Assembly: GCF_006345805.1 (NCBI RefSeq)
Contig: NC_043012.1
Coordinates: forward strand, 62,001-126,000
Source of the DNA: Octopus sinensis
Lineage: Eukaryota
Reading direction: 5' to 3'
DNA length: 64,000 bases
Numbering within the stretch: the first letter of the stretch is position 1; each line of letters opens with the position of its first letter. Below the pieces are notes generated by a model. The model searched no databases and had not been told where the DNA came from. It saw nothing but the letters and a program-made list of their open reading frames with translations. Positions 39,311-53,261 of this stretch are shown here, piece by piece. The position numbers and the translations under genes were made by a program.

Positions 39311-39800
39311 CTAGCAGTATCGCCCGGCGTTGCTCGGGTTTGTAAGGGAATAACTAATACATTTTTAGAGAGTTATAGCAAAAATAGCAAAAATGCATTA
39401 AAATGGAAAAAAAAACGATGGTAAATTTTTTTTTTAAATCGTAGACTCATGTAAGACGCTTTCTTAGCCTTTCTCTTTGGTGTCTTCAAGCCCTAGTCGT
39501 TGTTCTAAAGAAGCTGGTCTCTTGACAACGCATTACGACGTTATTTCCTTACGACGTTGATTTCCTTTACACTCCCTTCCCCACAGGTGCAGGTGTGAGC
39601 GTGGAACGCCAACTTCACCGCCAATCGACACACAAAATTATGCATTAAATGGAATAAAAAATAATACTCAGACGGGCTCGATATGAATCACGACTATAAG
39701 CTACCCGAATTTGGTTAAACTGCACCGCAAAATGTGGGAGTAGTTAGGAATCTACATCGAAGGGGACCGACACTCACACAACTACATTTTATTATATAGA
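39311..39800 (-). mobile_element. Complete non-autonomous Helitron with about 170 bp extra internal segment
   Basis: CTAG at 39311, hairpin cccggcgttgctcggg, TC end at 39799-39800; 39460-39632 is absent from the other two copies. Confidence 0.82.
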
Positions 39801-39814
39801 TATACATAGCGCAG

Positions 39815-40335
39815 TAGTGGTGAGATTGCAGCAAAGAAAGCATACATTCACTCTCTGCATGCATTAGACTCGAAATTTCGTGAGGAACCCATTGACCCAA
39901 TTTGCTGACTTTTCCATAGCACACAGGTCTCAATGAAGGTTGAATGACAAATCCAAGCTGTCTCTGCTAGTTCCTGAACAGTTACGATGAGATTTTGTTC
40001 CACCAGGGTTTTCAGATGTCCTTGGTCGAGTCTACAGATCTTTCAGGATAGGCTCGTCTTCTAGGCTGTAGTTTATGGCTCAATTCTGGAACCACCATTG
40101 ACACTGCCTTACGCTTTTGTCCCATCCCCATATACTGCATTAATTTTCTTGTACTTTCCGTTGCGTTGTTGTCTTTATTGAACTCATAAGCAAAATATCC
40201 AAATATCTCCTTTGTTACTTCCAACATAGCTGTGAAAAAATAGCTGTTAAAATCGAAATGCACTCTTCAAAACTTGCAACTATGAATAAGGGACAAGTAA
40301 AAATTACTACCTGCTTTTATAGCAAGTTAATATAG
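39815..40335 (-). pseudogene. 5' fragment of a mariner transposase
   Basis: Minus translations MLEVTKE..YEFNKDNNATES.. (HTH region) and GKVSKLGQWVPHEIS (WVPHEL motif); ends at the Helitron. Confidence 0.8.
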
Positions 40336-42251
40336 TAGTTTATCCCTTCCCCTCTGACTTTTGTTCAAGCTGTTGAAAAACCGCATTATTATATATTATA
40401 CATACATACATACATACATACATATACACACACACACTCTCTCTCTCTCTCACACACATGCACCCATTTATATTCTGTTATTCTTTTATATGTTTCGCCT
40501 TGAGGTTGTGGCCATGCTGGATCATGTGTGTGTGTTGGTGGTGTGTGTGTCTATCTGTCTGTCTGTCTGTATGTATATATGTATATTATGTGTGTGAACA
40601 ACATATTTTCAACAGTGTTTTGCAAATGTATCTGATTGTTCTCAAGCTTCAAATTTACTCTCTTCCAAAACTTTTCACTCACTCTTATTTGTTAGCTTCC
40701 CATACATTTACTCATGATCTATCAGCGTTCATGGACAGAACAAATATTACATCTAGTTTCATTTATTCGTTACCGTGTGTGTGTGCGTTTGCGTGTGCTG
40801 TAAACCAGACTAAGAAAAGCATTTGACACACCCACCAGAATGTGAGTTTTCGAAATTTTGCTTAATTGGGTTTAAATTTTAAAACTGGAGCTGGCATGAC
40901 GCGATGCATTGTACTCTTAAAATTGCTAGGTAAATTGTAATTGAAGAATCCTATATTGTAGATTTGTATAACTCCCAAAGGGAGGCAGATAAATCTGCCT
41001 TTTATAAGAAGATATATGTTATGTATGTGACACTCAGATTGTTGCCAAAGAAAGAAACACTGATATAACTCGTCCTTTCTATGAGTTACCTAGCCTCTGT
41101 GTAAAACGTATGGCATTTTATGGAAGTGATAGAAGACAAATCTCTATCTTCTTAGCAATAAGTAAATTCATAGATACATCAGTTCAGAGATCCGAAGTCC
41201 TGCGATTATTGTGTTGACTTAACGTGTCCAAATGATTGTGAGATCCATTTAATATGCTAAAAAAGAAAGGAAAGACCACCGTGTTGTCTGGTATTATGGA
41301 ACTTGCAATTGTATATGGATGACTTCGGAAGATGTTGATATACAAAAGGAACATTTAATGCGGTTCTTTGGATCAGTATTATTTTGGTTTACTAGCAAGT
41401 AATTCGCAACCAAATGCATAGCACTGTAGGAAGGCAACATGATGATGTCTATGAATTCTCCACTCTTCTTCGTAGTGGCTGTAGCGTTGCTAATGTAGAC
41501 GAACCAGAATCTGCTCTGTGTGAGTGAAGAAGAAAGAACTGGTGGTATTGTGACAGTTGCGTGCTTCTATGAATGACATTATCGGATTTATAGAAGCAGG
41601 AGAGAAAGCATAAATTCGCCTTGCACGCGTTGATAAAATATTCTATAGGGATCAGGTAGATAAGTGTCTTGGTCGCATCTACCTAGTTTTTAAACAAATT
41701 CCAAGTGGATTATTGAAGTTGGGGCCAAGTTCAGACATGGGAATTTAAGATATACAGTTATCAACTTGATGTCGAGAGCCTGAGGCCTATTTCACTGTCT
41801 AAAATGTCATCAATAAGAACAGAAGGAATGGGCAGGAGTGCTACCAGTAAATGTGACGGTGACGGGGTCATGCGCTATGCTTTGGATTGCATAAAACTGC
41901 AGGAACGGAAAACTCCGTTAGAGTACCGTTTAAACTGTTCCGCGATTAACACTTGCAGGAGACAAGAAGATATGACCAAGAATGAGATAATAAGAAATGT
42001 TGTTCTGAGTAAATGTGAGAGAAAGAAGGAATGGACGCATCAAAGGTGTCGAAAAGGAAAGGCATGAAGTGACAATCGAGGGTACCTGAGGAGTGGCAAA
42101 TCCGAGGAGAGCAAGCTATTTTTATGGAGACGGATAACAGAGCGAGGAGACGGCAGACCAGAAGGCCAGATGCTTGGGTGTTTCCATTAGTGATAACGTG
42201 TCAATCAGTGGAGTTGCTTCTCTCTGGTTGCGGACCAGAATGACAGCGCAT

Positions 42252-42265
42252 GTAACCATAGCAAC
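42252..42265. promoter_or_regulatory. Candidate RFX X-box
   Basis: GTAACCATAGCAAC matches GTHNYY-AT-RRNAAC; extra GTTGC half-sites upstream; non-repetitive, relatively CpG-rich context; about 100 bp upstream of a candidate ATG at 42363. Confidence 0.4.
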
Positions 42266-42684
42266 GTTACTGATGTGGATCCATTACTACATATTTACCC
42301 ATAATTAAATCAATTAAATTGCTTTAAATTGACTGCAAAATATTGAAAACTACAGGCGGACCATGTCTGGAAATAAAAGTAAGAATATGTTAAAACACAA
42401 AACAGATTGTGTAAAATATAATTAACACTGCTCAGTGTTTATTGCACTTAAAAATCATATCAGAGAGAGTGAACGACCTTAAGATCTCTGCTGATGTTTG
42501 GAAATATTTGCTTGACATAGAAGATACGTGTAAATATTCACCGTCATATGTATATATAGATGTGTGCGTGTGTGATGTCTAAGAATGTATATCTAATGTA
42601 TATATATATATATTATATATATATAGATATATTCTGTGTGTGTGTGGTGTGTGCGTATGTATGTATATGTATATATATATATAT

Positions 42685-42727
<43 letters not shown>

Positions 42728-42837
42728 TAAAGTACTATGTGTGTTTGTGTATCCGTGCACGAATTCTTTGGATGTATAAAATGCTTGTACCTCTGTATGT
42801 GTACACTTAATCTGACAGTATAAAGAGATTAGGTATA

Positions 42838-42875
<38 letters not shown>

Positions 42876-43352
42876 GTAGTATATGTACGTGTACTTCGTT
42901 ATGAGTTTACATATGGGACCGTGCGCCTGTTCGTGTATATACACAGGGATGTAAGTAGATGTGCGTACATGTGTGCTTGTGTGTGTGTGTGTGGGTCCGT
43001 GTATAAAGATATATGTAAATATAGATATATGACTCGAAATACACGTAGCTGTCTATCAAATTATCTAATTTGCATTTCTCGCCGGGTTCGTATATATATC
43101 TACACACGCACACATACACGTACATACACACATACTTATATATAATATATATTTATACACGCATGCATATATTTATATATGCATGTGTGTATAAATATAT
43201 ATATATGCCTATACATGCATGCCTATACATATTCATGTGCATGCATGTATATATATATATATAATATATATATATATTGCATATGTTATATTGTATAATA
43301 TATATATGTATAATATATTATATATATATATATGTATGTATATATATATATG

Positions 43353-43396
<44 letters not shown>

Positions 43397-43461
43397 GTAT
43401 GTATATATATATTTTTTTTCGTGTTTCAGCTCAGAGCTGCGGCCATGCTAATGCACTGCCG

Positions 43462-43499
<38 letters not shown>

Positions 43500-43530
43500 A
43501 TAATATAATATATATATATATATACATATT

Positions 43531-43923
43531 CTCCTTTACTCCTTTACTCCTTTACTTGCTTCTCAGTCATTTGACTGTGGCCATGCTGGAGCACCACCTT
43601 TAGTCGAGCAACTCGACCCCAGGGCTTATTCTTGTAAGCCTAGTACTTATTCTATCGGTCTCTTTTGCTGAACAGCTAAGTTACGGGGACGTAAACACAC
43701 CAGCATCGGTTTTCAGACGATGTTGGGGGGACAAACACACAAACACGCATATACATATATACGACGGGTTTTTTAGTTTCCGTCTACCAAATCCACTCAC
43801 AAGGCTTTGGCTGGCCCGAGGTTATAGTAGAAGACACTTACCGAAGGTGCCACGCAGTGGGACTGAACCCGGAACCATGTGGCTGGTAAGCATGCCACTT
43901 TCCACACAGCCACTCCTGTGCCT
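43531..43923 (-). mobile_element. SINE family A, full length
   Basis: Head and tail present on the minus strand. Confidence 0.9.
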
Positions 43924-44179
43924 ATATATATATATTATACATTTTGCAAATATATGTGTATATATTCCAAATGGAGTTGATAAGATTTACAACCTTCTAT
44001 GTCAATAAACCACTACTGTTCCTAAAAGTTGTTTTTATACACTCTATGGAATGCTCAAAGCTAACTTCCTACACATTTACATATTACTATACATATATAT
44101 AATATATATATTATATATATATATATATTATATATATATATAATATATATATATACCTGTTCACACACACAACATATAT

Positions 44180-44210
<31 letters not shown>

Positions 44211-44647
44211 TATATATTATTCTTATGACATTCTGTTTAGTGGGTTGCTAATACCTTGTCGTTTTTTTGTTTTGATTACCTAGCTGTTCTATCTTCTGTG
44301 CAGCATCCTGCCCTGAAATGATTGAGCTAATTCGAATATCAACATATCCAAGTATTCCTAGTTTCCATAGAAGAAATAATTACCTGTTCCTCTCATCAAA
44401 GACCTATAAACCCAATCGCACTTATATTCATCAAAATGAGAAATTCCTGTCCCTTTTTAAACCTCGAAAAATTTCACTACTAGTGATAATGATAATGGTG
44501 ATGATGACAATAATAATAATAATTGGCACAAGGCCAGCAATTTTCAAGTGTGGTTCAGTCCATTAAATCAACCTCAACACTGGTAACTGACCCCAAAATG
44601 AATGTCATACACCCACACACACACACACACACACACCACACACATAC

Positions 44648-44682
<35 letters not shown>

Positions 44683-44795
44683 TATATAATATAATATCTA
44701 TATATATATATATATATATATATAGATATATATATATATATTATATATATATATATGTATAATAATGTAGTATGTATTATGTATATGTATGTATA

Positions 44796-45207
44796 GGCGC
44801 AGGAGTGGCTGTGTGGTAAGTAGCTTGCTTACCAGCCACATGGTTCCGGGTTGAGTCCCACTGCATGGCACCTTGGGCAAGTGTCTTCTACTAAAGCCTC
44901 GGGCCGACCGAAGCCTTGTGAGTGGATTTGGTAGACGGAAACTGAAAGAAGCCCGTCGTATATATGTATATATATATATGTGTGTGCGTGTGTGTTTGTG
45001 TGTCTGTGTTTGTCCCCCTAGCATTGCTTGACAACCGATGCTGGTGTGTTTATGTCCCCGTTACTTAATGCTTCGGCAAAACAGACCGATAGAATAAGTA
45101 CTGGGCTTACAAAGAATAAGTCCCGGGGTCGAGTTGCTCGACTAAAGGCGGTTCTCTAGCATGGCCGCAGTCAAATGACTGAAACAAGTAAAAGAGTAAA
45201 GTGAGAG
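44796..45207 (+). mobile_element. SINE family A, full length
   Basis: Head and tail present. Confidence 0.9.
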
Positions 45208-45808
45208 TATATATATGTATATGTATGTATGTACATAAATATGAATGTACACGTGTGTATATGTCTGCATGCGTTGAGTGGTTTGAAACGGAAGTTTAGG
45301 ACCAACACTATCAGCACAGATCATCTGAAGATGTGTGAAAGGGAAATGTTGAAAAAGAAATAAATAAGATAAACAAAATAAAATAAACAAAATAGATAAG
45401 TTGACGACGAAAAGAAAAAAAAGAAAAAAAGACACCTCAAAGGAAAACGGAAAAAAAAACAAACCAAGAAGAGAAGAAAATAACTATAAAAAAAAAAGAT
45501 TTTAGCAAACAAAAATTATATATGAATTAAAGAAAAAAAATAGACTATTGATAAAATATGATGTACAGCAAAGTCTGCAGGTGGTCCTACCAATGTAAAC
45601 GGGGTGGGAAATGGGTATATATCAATGTTGTTTAATCTGACTCTACACGCTGACATTTGACATTTTATACATTCATATGTGCAAACTTACATTTCTGTAT
45701 GCATATGAGTTTGTATGCATATCTATGTGTATACACGTAGGCAAGTATATGTATGCAGCATGTGTACTACATACATACATACATATATATATATATTATA
45801 TATATATA

Positions 45809-45851
<43 letters not shown>

Positions 45852-47030
45852 TATTACATATAATATATATATATATAATATATATATACACATATATATA
45901 TATATATATTACATACATATGTATTTGTACATATACGTGTTATATATACGTATGCATACAAAAAGAGGTCTCTAACAGAGAAACAGCGAACATTGACTTG
46001 CTAAATGCGTCAATTCACGCGTAGGTCGTAAAATATATGCACACACACACAACATATATATATATATATATATATATCTATATATATATATATATATATA
46101 TGTATTTATATATATGTATTTATAGATATATATGTATTTATATATATATGTGTATATATATATGTGTATATATATATATATATATATAATATATATATAT
46201 ATACATATATATATATTATATAATATGTATTTAAATATATTTATGTATATATATTCATATACATATATATATTTATATATATATATATATTTATATATGT
46301 ATATACATACTTATACATATGCGTGAATGTTTGCATAAACGCGCACACGTACTCGCGCACACACACACGAACACACGGGCTTGGTTATTTGTGTTCACAG
46401 AGAGTATGTAATATTTTTCATATTTTCCGAATTTGCGAATAATTGAGGAGACAGATTCCAGTCTAGAAAGGAGACTCTGTCACTAGAATTTAAACATTTA
46501 TAAGTTTATATTTGTATCTATATACGTTCTTATGTATGTATATATTTGTTGTATAAGCTTCTGGTAAAAACCTTGCAGAAGGCTATGCAAAGCTCGTCCA
46601 AAAGTTATCGGCTACCTGATGACGTCTTACAGTGGGAATGTTGTTTCTACTTGATATACATCAGGATTTCCATAATATCTGTAGAGTTTATATCAATAGA
46701 AAAATGGTTGTTTTTCTTTTTTACTTCTGTCTTTCAATATTTTGTATATAGATCAAAATCGTATATGTCTATTCCTATATCTATGGGTTTAGGTTTGCTT
46801 GTAAACTGCTGAAAATGTCTCATTACTTTGGGTAAGCATTCTCACACTGAATAAAATGACAGTCGTGTCTAACGAAGGCTTTATTTTAACTATCACATGA
46901 GGAGGCGCATTTTAGATCATGAATGGATTATAACGATTACGCAATATCTCACCGATGTACTACAGGTATAAAAATGTGTCGAAACAAGTGTAGTGATTTT
47001 AAATGTATGTACATAGTATATATATATATA

Positions 47031-47428
47031 CTAGCAGTATCGCCCGGCGTTGCTCGGGTTTGTAAGGGAAATAACTATATAAGCATTTTTAGAGAGTTAT
47101 AGCCAAAAAATAGCAAAACAATGTATTAAAAATGGAAAAAAAATGATGGTAAATATTTTTTTAAATCGTTGACTCATCGTAGACATTTTTAGAGAGTTAC
47201 ATCCCTTATATAATAGCGTAAAAATGCATTAAAATGGAAAAAAATGATGGTAATTTTTTTTTTAAATCGTAGACTCATCGTAGACGCGCGCTAATACCCA
47301 GAAGGGCTCGATATGAATCACGACTATAAGATACCCGGTTTTGGTTAAACTGCACCGCAAAATGTGGGAGTAGTTAGGAATCTAAATCGTAGGAGACTGA
47401 CACACAACTTCTCTTTTATATATAAAGA
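47031..47428 (-). mobile_element. Complete non-autonomous Helitron
   Basis: CTAG at 47031 preceded by A (T on minus), hairpin, TC end at 47427-47428; collinear with 10844-11247. Confidence 0.87.
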
Positions 47429-48179
47429 TATGTATGAATGTATATATGTATATATATCTTCTCTTTCTCCTTTTAATTTTAGAGGGAGTTTTGACCTATT
47501 TGGTACCAAGATTGTGAAGAAAAGAGTCTTCTTTTAAAGAAAATTCTTTAAATCTATACAAAGTTTACAAATTAAGGTTTTTTGTTCTCTTGCCAAGATT
47601 CAAACTTCAGCCAGACTCTTCTTCAGACAGGTGAGTATGTATCGTGTTTCTCCAATAATAATCGTATGCATGCATGTATGTATGGATACACATACATACA
47701 TACATACATACATGCATACATACATATTATATGTAGAGGGCATTACTATACATAAATGCCACACGCTAGGAGAGAGTTGCATTTACTCGCATTCAATACT
47801 ATGTGTTTATTTATTTTGCTAGTTTTGACTTTAAGAGTCCTGCTAACGTGTGGCATTTATGTATAGTAATGTCCTCTATATAGTATAAATAAATATATTT
47901 AAGCAAAACATTGATGGCTTTTTTCTTATGAGGTTTTTCACGCTAACTACTTGATTAATTCTTATAAAGATTTTCGAATCCTAGGACTCACAGAATCGGT
48001 TAACCAGTTTCTATAGCCTATAAGTGACCGAGATCAAAATTTACCCTCTGAACGGGACTCCAGTCCTTTGCAGAGCTGCGCATTTACAGATGAGGGGACT
48101 GAAGCAAAGTGAAGTGAAGTGCTTTGCTCATATGCACAATGCACCGCGCAAGCCGAGAAGAGAAGCCACAATCTTGCGA

Positions 48180-48700
48180 TCCTGACTGCTACATCAGTAT
48201 TGCAAGTTGCGAAGTGCAAGAAAAACTAAATATATTTCTGGTTGTCCGGTGTTAATCAAAAAAGAATACACCTGATACAATTGTGATAGGAAATATTAAC
48301 AGAAAGCATGGTATAAGCATACGCAAAAAAATTAGCCCGAGAATAGCAAAGGAAGCTTACTCTGGGATATACAAATACGAACCAATTGAGAGAGAATAGA
48401 TAACGGACCAGATATAGACACCAAAGATATCAGGAAAAGAAATAGTTATTCAACGAGATGTCATTTGAAACAGATATACATCTCTGAAAGAAATGAAAAG
48501 AAATTATCAAATATAAAGCTCTCGAAACAGAGATGATAAGATTGTGGATGGGGTGGGGGGAAGCGGAAATAAGAAACAATTCCTGGGAATTCAAAGAAAC
48601 ATGGTGTCAAATCCAGAACCAGTTTCTAAGGACTTATAAATATGCATAACACAGAAAATAGCACTACGTGGCACAACACTCAGGTTACGAATTTTCAGTA
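48180..48700 (+). pseudogene. Decayed R4/Dong-like (RLE-type) LINE C-terminal fragment
   Basis: Fragments YISGCPVLIKKEY, LLWDIQIRT..NGPDI, KYKALETEMIRLW and QKIALRGT match the zinc-finger/restriction-like endonuclease region of R4/Dong elements. Confidence 0.7.
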
Positions 48701-48809
48701 GAATAAAAATAACCAAACTAATGCAAAGCCCCACATGTGCCCAAGGCACAGAATGCTGTGCTTGGTAGTGCAGAGAATGTGGGCACTAAAAGTAAGCTAA
48801 ATGTTAATA

Positions 48810-48898
<89 letters not shown>

Positions 48899-48913
48899 AA
48901 TATAATAATAATA

Positions 48914-48945
<32 letters not shown>

Positions 48946-48952
48946 AATAATA

Positions 48953-49135
48953 AGCGGTCAACTGGAAGGTCATGTGTTGTTTATCTTGATATGAGATCTC
49001 CATGTCGCGCGCACATATGGTTGTAATGCATGGGCCTAGTGTACCCTTATCAGAAGGGGTAGTCACGATGGGTATACTAGGCTTCGTATATTTTACCCCA
49101 GTGTCACTTTGATGGCATGCACTGCTCTCTCACTC
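48953..49135 (+). mobile_element. 3' end of an (AAT)n-tailed non-coding retroposon
   Basis: ggtcatgtg.tgtttatcttgatatgagatc..gatggcatgcactgctctctcactc then (AAT)n; longer copies at 63026-63321 and 63522-64000. Confidence 0.8.
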
Positions 49136-49191
<56 letters not shown>

Positions 49192-49193
49192 TA

Positions 49194-49226
<33 letters not shown>

Positions 49227-49566
49227 CGACGGCGACGACGACGATGATGATGATGGTGATGATGATGACGATGATAATAAAAATAATAATAAGAAGCTGA
49301 TAAATGGTATTGAGCATGAACCTAGTAAGGTACTTGAAAGTAAGAAATATAAGATGTTGTGGGTCTTTAACATAGGAGGGTTCTTGGTATCTAAGGCTAG
49401 TTGTTGTAGCCCGATGCTAGGATTCTTTTCTTTTCCAGCATTCTAGTCTGTTAAGTGTATATGAAAGTAATAATAATGATGATGATGATGATGATGATGT
49501 GATTTGTGATGACTAGAAGGACAACAATGACAAAAATAATAATGAACATAAAAAGTTTGATGTGCT

Positions 49567-49663
<97 letters not shown>

Positions 49664-49818
49664 GTACATATATAAATACGGAGCAAATAATTCACGAAGA
49701 ATTATTTCCGAACATATCGTTGCCTCTATTATTATCTAGTTTAACAATGTAAAAATGATAATGACAGAATTTGTAATATAGGCGATTGCAGGCCCCGAAA
49801 AGGCATTAAATAGCCTAA

Positions 49819-49965
49819 GGATTAAAATTAGTCAAAGGGCATATTGAGTATGTCTACCTGCTGGAAAAATCAGTCAAAACTTTTATTGACTGAAGTAAAT
49901 ACGAGTTTTGAGTGTTATTTCTAGCAGGTAGACATACTGGGTATATCCTTTGAGTCATTTTAATG

Positions 49966-49966
<1 letters not shown>
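49819..49966. mobile_element. Small MITE-like fold-back with internal hairpin
   Basis: Arms about 49819-49867 and 49918-49966 (core AGTATGTCTACCTGCT.GAAA); inner CAGTCAA..TTGACTG. Confidence 0.6.
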
Positions 49967-50019
<53 letters not shown>

Positions 50020-50027
50020 TACATACT

Positions 50028-50084
<57 letters not shown>

Positions 50085-50462
50085 ATATATATATATATAG
50101 ATATATACATACATACATATATATAAACGTATATATATATATATATACGTATGTATTTGAGCGTGTGTATGTGTGCGGTGTACACGTACAGCGTTGCTGA
50201 TGTGCAATTAGATATTTATTGAGTAATTTGCGGGATTTTGACCGTGACGTCATTGGTTGTTACCTTCAACATACATACGCGCGCGCACGCACACTCAAAC
50301 ATTCTCACATTAACCTGTATGTGTCAATAATATATATATATATATGTATGTGTGTGTGTATGTATGTCAGTATGTATGCATATATATATAAGTATCTGTA
50401 TTTATGTAAGTATATACATATATATATGTTTGTATATATACATATATGTATATGTGTATGCA

Positions 50463-50494
<32 letters not shown>

Positions 50495-50508
50495 GATATA
50501 TACATACA

Positions 50509-50570
<62 letters not shown>

Positions 50571-50572
50571 TA

Positions 50573-50623
<51 letters not shown>

Positions 50624-50896
50624 TTAAGTAGGTGTTATCGTCAGCATGGAAAATTCGTTTAACCGAAACCTGGGTAGCAAATTTTGTTTGTCTTGTTGTC
50701 GAGAGAGGCTCCCTTTCTTTCCTGATGAGAAGATTGCATAATGCACCCTTTATTCCTTTGGAATGAAAACATACTGTCTTCGAAATATATGTCGAGAGTA
50801 AAGGAATTCTGTTAACATCTTCGTTCGACTCCATTCTTTCATTTATTCATATAATATATATATAATATATATATATTATATAATATATATATATTT

Positions 50897-51578
50897 GTAA
50901 AAAAGAAGTTTGAAAATGCCACTATATTAGATAAATTTTAATTTTTACATGTTTCGGTTCTTGATGTAACGAACCTTATAAAAAATAATTTTTTAATAAT
51001 AAAGATTATAATGGAATAGTTCATAATTGTTTCATACATTCAATAGAGTCCATGCTATATACATAAAAGTATAATGGAACAGTTCATAATTGTTACATAC
51101 ATTCAATAGAGTCCATGCTATATACATTCAATAGAATCCATGTTCTTGAAAAGGCGAAAAATATATTATAAGGTGTAAGTCGTTCCGTACTGTTTTGTCA
51201 AGTGTAGTGCAGGAGATCATAATAGATTTTGCCTTGTGTTCCGATGGGAGCAACTGTAGTGATTCTTGGTTGTCGTAATTTTGGTCAACTTGTGATTGTT
51301 GGGTTTATATCAGTTAAGTCAGTAGTAGCTGTGGTCTCTGGCACTGTTCACTGACGTCATATATTTCCAAACCAATCAAAGCCAAGCTTCAACGATTATA
51401 AGGAAAAGACCCCCAACTGTATCCTGTTTAGGAAACCAGCCAAGCAGAACGACAAGTTTGACCACGGAAGAAAAACGTCATCAATTTTTTAGCGAATCAA
51501 AATTAGATCTGACCCATAATTGCATCCTGTTAGGTGGCTAGTTTGACCACGGAAGAAAAACGTCATCAACTTTTTAGC
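50897..51578 (-). mobile_element. Heavily deleted PLE remnant: duplicated RT motif-C-like fragment, tandemly repeated 3' region, degenerate hammerhead
   Basis: Minus K(I/V)DDVFLPW twice (about 51456-51495 and 51541-51578); hammerhead remnant 50942-50985 with core UUUAUAA and the same GGUUC/GAACC stem II and ACAUGU stem III as 22147-22194; terminal arm homologous to 22094-22150. Confidence 0.6.
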
Positions 51579-52247
51579 GTCTACCAAATACACTCAAAAC
51601 AATTTGGTCGATCTTGGGCAAAACATTTGCCCAACTACTAAACATTTACCCAAGATGCGGCGCAGAGGGACTGAACTCAAAACCACAGGTTTCGAAATCG
51701 AAATTGTTTCATACATATATATATGTATATATACTTACATATGTATATAATTTTAAGCATGCGTATATATATAGCAATTCTTAAATGTTTTCTCAGATAA
51801 AAGAGAAAGAATTAAAAAGTAGAATAATGCTGTCGTTTTTGTCCACTAAATTTCTGGTTCCTGTTACTAAACATTTAAGTGACAACATTCCAGTAAAATC
51901 CGCTCGACATTCCACGAAATCAGTGAATGATAGATTAAAAATATCAAGTAAACTCTGCTACAGTTTCTCACAAAAGTTCACAGAAAAGTACACGATATTC
52001 TGTCTATGAAATCATCGTTGTTTATTCTACCGTTACCCGTTCATGCTTGCGATATCTGCTGATAAAGCATTTCCGTGTTAATCATTTCTATATGTAATTT
52101 CTGAGAACGCAATACCTCCGTTGGTGTTTTGATGGTGCTGCTGTTGTTGCTGTTGTTGTGTAGCGTTTATTTAAATGTAATTGCGAAGAAAACGTTTGAT
52201 GAACTCTTTTACTATTCTCAAATTCTCATTTCATTTTCATGTATAAA

Positions 52248-52443
52248 TACGAGGGTATGCTGTAAAGTTCTTAGCTTTCGAGTAAAAGAAAATACACGAG
52301 GATCAGTTGATTATGATTTCATTCAACATATTCCTCTCTCAGACTCGCAGACATATTTTAGGGATTATAATGTTCTCTAAGCCCTGTAAACCAAGCTTTT
52401 CCTGATACCCTTAAAGCCAGGAACTTTTCAGTACCCACTCGTC
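52248..52443. mobile_element. Tc1/mariner-type MITE
   Basis: TACGAGGGTATGCTGTAAAGTTC / GAACTTTTCAGTACCCACTCGT inverted ends; relatives at 60674-60850 and 61201-61449. Confidence 0.75.
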
Positions 52444-53261
52444 TATCCCCACACTCTGTCTCTCCCAAACATCTACAGATACACACATACACACGTAAAG
52501 GCACGAAGTCGATTAATAGCCCCTTGAAGATGTCACGTCGTTGCTGCAGTCTGATGGTAGAAACCCTTAAGAGAATTAAAAAAACTGAAAATAAAGTGCA
52601 GGCATGACTAATTGGTTAAAAAGCTCGATTTCAAAACCTGTGGTTTTGAGTTCAGTCCCTCTGTGCGGCATCTTGGGCAAATGTTTAGTACTTGGGCAAA
52701 TGTTTTGCCCAAGATCGACCAAATTCTTGTGAGTGTATTTGGTAGACAGAAACTGTATATATTTATGTGCATGTATGTATGTATGTATGTATGTATGCAT
52801 GTATGCGTCTATGTGTTTGTGTGCGCGTGCGTATGTATTGGACCTCAACACTTGAAACGGGTATTGATTTGTTTACCTCCATGTTAATTGTGGTTCGACA
52901 AAATAGTCCGACAGAAGAGTTAACAGATTTAAAAAAAAATGTACTGGTTTCGATTTGTTTGACTAAATCCTTCACGGTCATGGCCCGTTTTCACTTCTGC
53001 CTGCTTAATTATAAGCGACATTCAGTAAGGGCCTTGAAAAACATTCTGGTTGTTGTGTCTCTCTATCATTTTATTTTTTTCTTTGACGAACCACATCCTT
53101 AACACAGCTCAGATCATGCCCTTTGAACAGCTGAAATCGCATCCCAAAGATCGAACCTTCTCTTTATATTCTGAAGACGGACCCCTTCTAACAATCATTC
53201 ATACTCTACAAAGCTCAAACAAGGTCCACAATGGAGTCATGCACTCACGCTTTGGACGATT

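Noticed and set aside
46631-46678. 48-nt minus-strand candidate exon (YYGNPDVYQVETTFP) with plausible splice sites
   Set aside because: Too short to identify, and such site pairs occur by chance
25116-50730. Isolated CTGATGA heptamers (e.g. 25116, 32273, 46617, 50723)
   Set aside because: No correctly placed GAAA, NUH and stems; expected by chance
51797-52009. ORF after a splice acceptor (IKEKELKSR..)
   Set aside because: No homology recognised, and its phase does not fit the candidate first exon chain
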